DNA from: Octopus sinensis
Lineage: Eukaryota
Length of the DNA: 9,600 bases
NCBI RefSeq assembly: GCF_006345805.1
Contig: NW_021827679.1
Coordinates: 1-9,600 of the forward strand
Direction: 5' to 3'
Each line of letters opens with the position of its first letter. Positions within the stretch are counted from its first letter, which is position 1. This document shows positions 8,539 through 9,600 of this stretch, one piece after another. A program made the translations under genes and the position numbers. The notes beneath the pieces are model-generated. The model was given only the letters and a program-made list of their open reading frames with translations. It was not told the DNA's origin and did not search any database.

Positions 8539-8888
8539 TATATATATATGTTTCTCACCCATCTCTCTCTTTTTCTGTCTACCTATTTATATATATGGTC
8601 ATACATGCATATTTATATGCATATATATATATATAGTTAGTATTTTCTCGATTGTCTCATTAATACAAAGTCGTGAAGCCTACATATAAGTAGGCATACG
8701 CTTGTGTACCTGTATGATATGTGTCTAAATATTTCAGTGCTGTATTGTGCTGTCTATATAGGTGCAGGTGTGTCTGTTGTTCGTGAGTATGCGAGTTTGG
8801 TTTCAGTTGCTGTTAGCGTATATAGGAAACAATCTCTCCGAATAAACATACATATACACACAGGCTATCGCAACATTTAATCCGCCGT

Positions 8889-9104
8889 AAGGCGACGAGC
8901 TGGCAGAAATGTTAGCACGCTAGGCAAAATGCTTAGTGGTATTTCGTGTGTCTTTACGTTCTGAGTTCAAATTCCGCCGAGGCCGACTTTGCCTTTCATC
9001 CTTTCGGGATCGATAAATTAAGTACCAGTTGCGTACCAGGGTCGATCTAATCGACTGCTCCTCCCAACACCAAATTTTCGGGCCCTGTGCCTAGAGTAGA
9101 AAAG
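8889..9104 (+). mobile_element. tRNA-derived SINE (second family) with a 17-bp target-site duplication
   Basis: A-box-like TGGCAGAAATG (8901-8911), B box GAGTTCAAATTCC (8963-8975), central GACTTTGCCTTTCATCCTTTCGGGATCGATAAATTAAGTACCAG, A-rich end. Flanked by AACATTTAATCCGCCGT (8872-8888) and AACATTTAGCCCGCCGT (9105-9121), 15/17 identical. Confidence 0.9.
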
Positions 9105-9481
9105 AACATTTAGCCCGCCGTGTAAGACAGAGTTGCCTCCGAGATAGAGAAAAAGAAAGCCAAAAAAAAAAATAATCAAAAGACAAAAGAAATCGAAACA
9201 AAAATCACAAAAGTGAAAAAATATATAAAATACAACAAACGCGAAGAAAGTCTAGACATACAATAACAACAACAACAATACCAGTCACAAGAACATCAAT
9301 GAAACTTTGAATCGTCTTGGATGAAAACTAGATAGATTGTCTCCATTGATAGTGGTGAGGTTCTTAGCTCACCACAAATGACTTCAGACAAATGAAGATC
9401 AGATTGTCGTCATCTGCTCGACGGTGGTAGCAGCTTTACTATGACTGCAACTGTTTTCACACTTAATATTGGGACTAGTGG

Positions 9482-9600
9482 TACTACTACCACTTTTACT
9501 TCCACCACCACCACCTCACCCCTACTACAACTACTACCACTACAGCTATTACTACAACCACCACCAACACCACCTCACCCCTACTACAACTACTAACACC
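9482..9600. repeat. Degenerate (ACT/ACC)n trinucleotide tract with a higher-order 59-bp period, running off the window end
   Basis: CACCACCTCACCCCTACTACAACTACTA is repeated exactly at 9509-9536 and 9568-9595. Confidence 0.85.

Noticed and set aside
8761-8840. Possible decayed SINE head (GGTGCAGGTGTGTCTGT resembles 1129-1147)
   Set aside because: No clear B box or CORE block follows.
9352-9375. Hairpin GTGGTGAG-8 nt-CTCACCAC
   Set aside because: A single 8-bp stem without context is compatible with chance.
9482-9600. Thr/Pro-rich mucin-like coding exon
   Set aside because: The higher-order period is 59 bp, not a multiple of 3, which fits a non-coding trinucleotide tract better.

Overview
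AT-rich, non-genic eukaryotic DNA (intronic or intergenic), saturated with microsatellites and transposon remnants. The tRNA-derived SINEs and dense (TA)n/(CA)n/(TCTA)n arrays look like an octopus (coleoid cephalopod) genome; this is recall-based inference, not a database result. No host protein-coding exon can be supported, and nearly all ORF-track entries are microsatellite translations. The clearest elements are: (1) an internally deleted 559-bp mariner (4625-5183, minus) with 30-bp TIRs, a TA duplication, and out-of-frame N- and C-terminal transposase remnants; (2) a 397-bp non-autonomous Helitron-like element (8078-8474, minus) with two internal 100-bp tandem units, flanked by a perfect 25-26-bp direct repeat; (3) two well-preserved tRNA-derived SINEs (1129-1575; 8889-9104 with a 17-bp TSD) plus several decayed copies; (4) a possible decayed minimal hammerhead ribozyme (7191-7253, minus). 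I found no convincing novel multi-gene system; the interesting points concern transposon biology.
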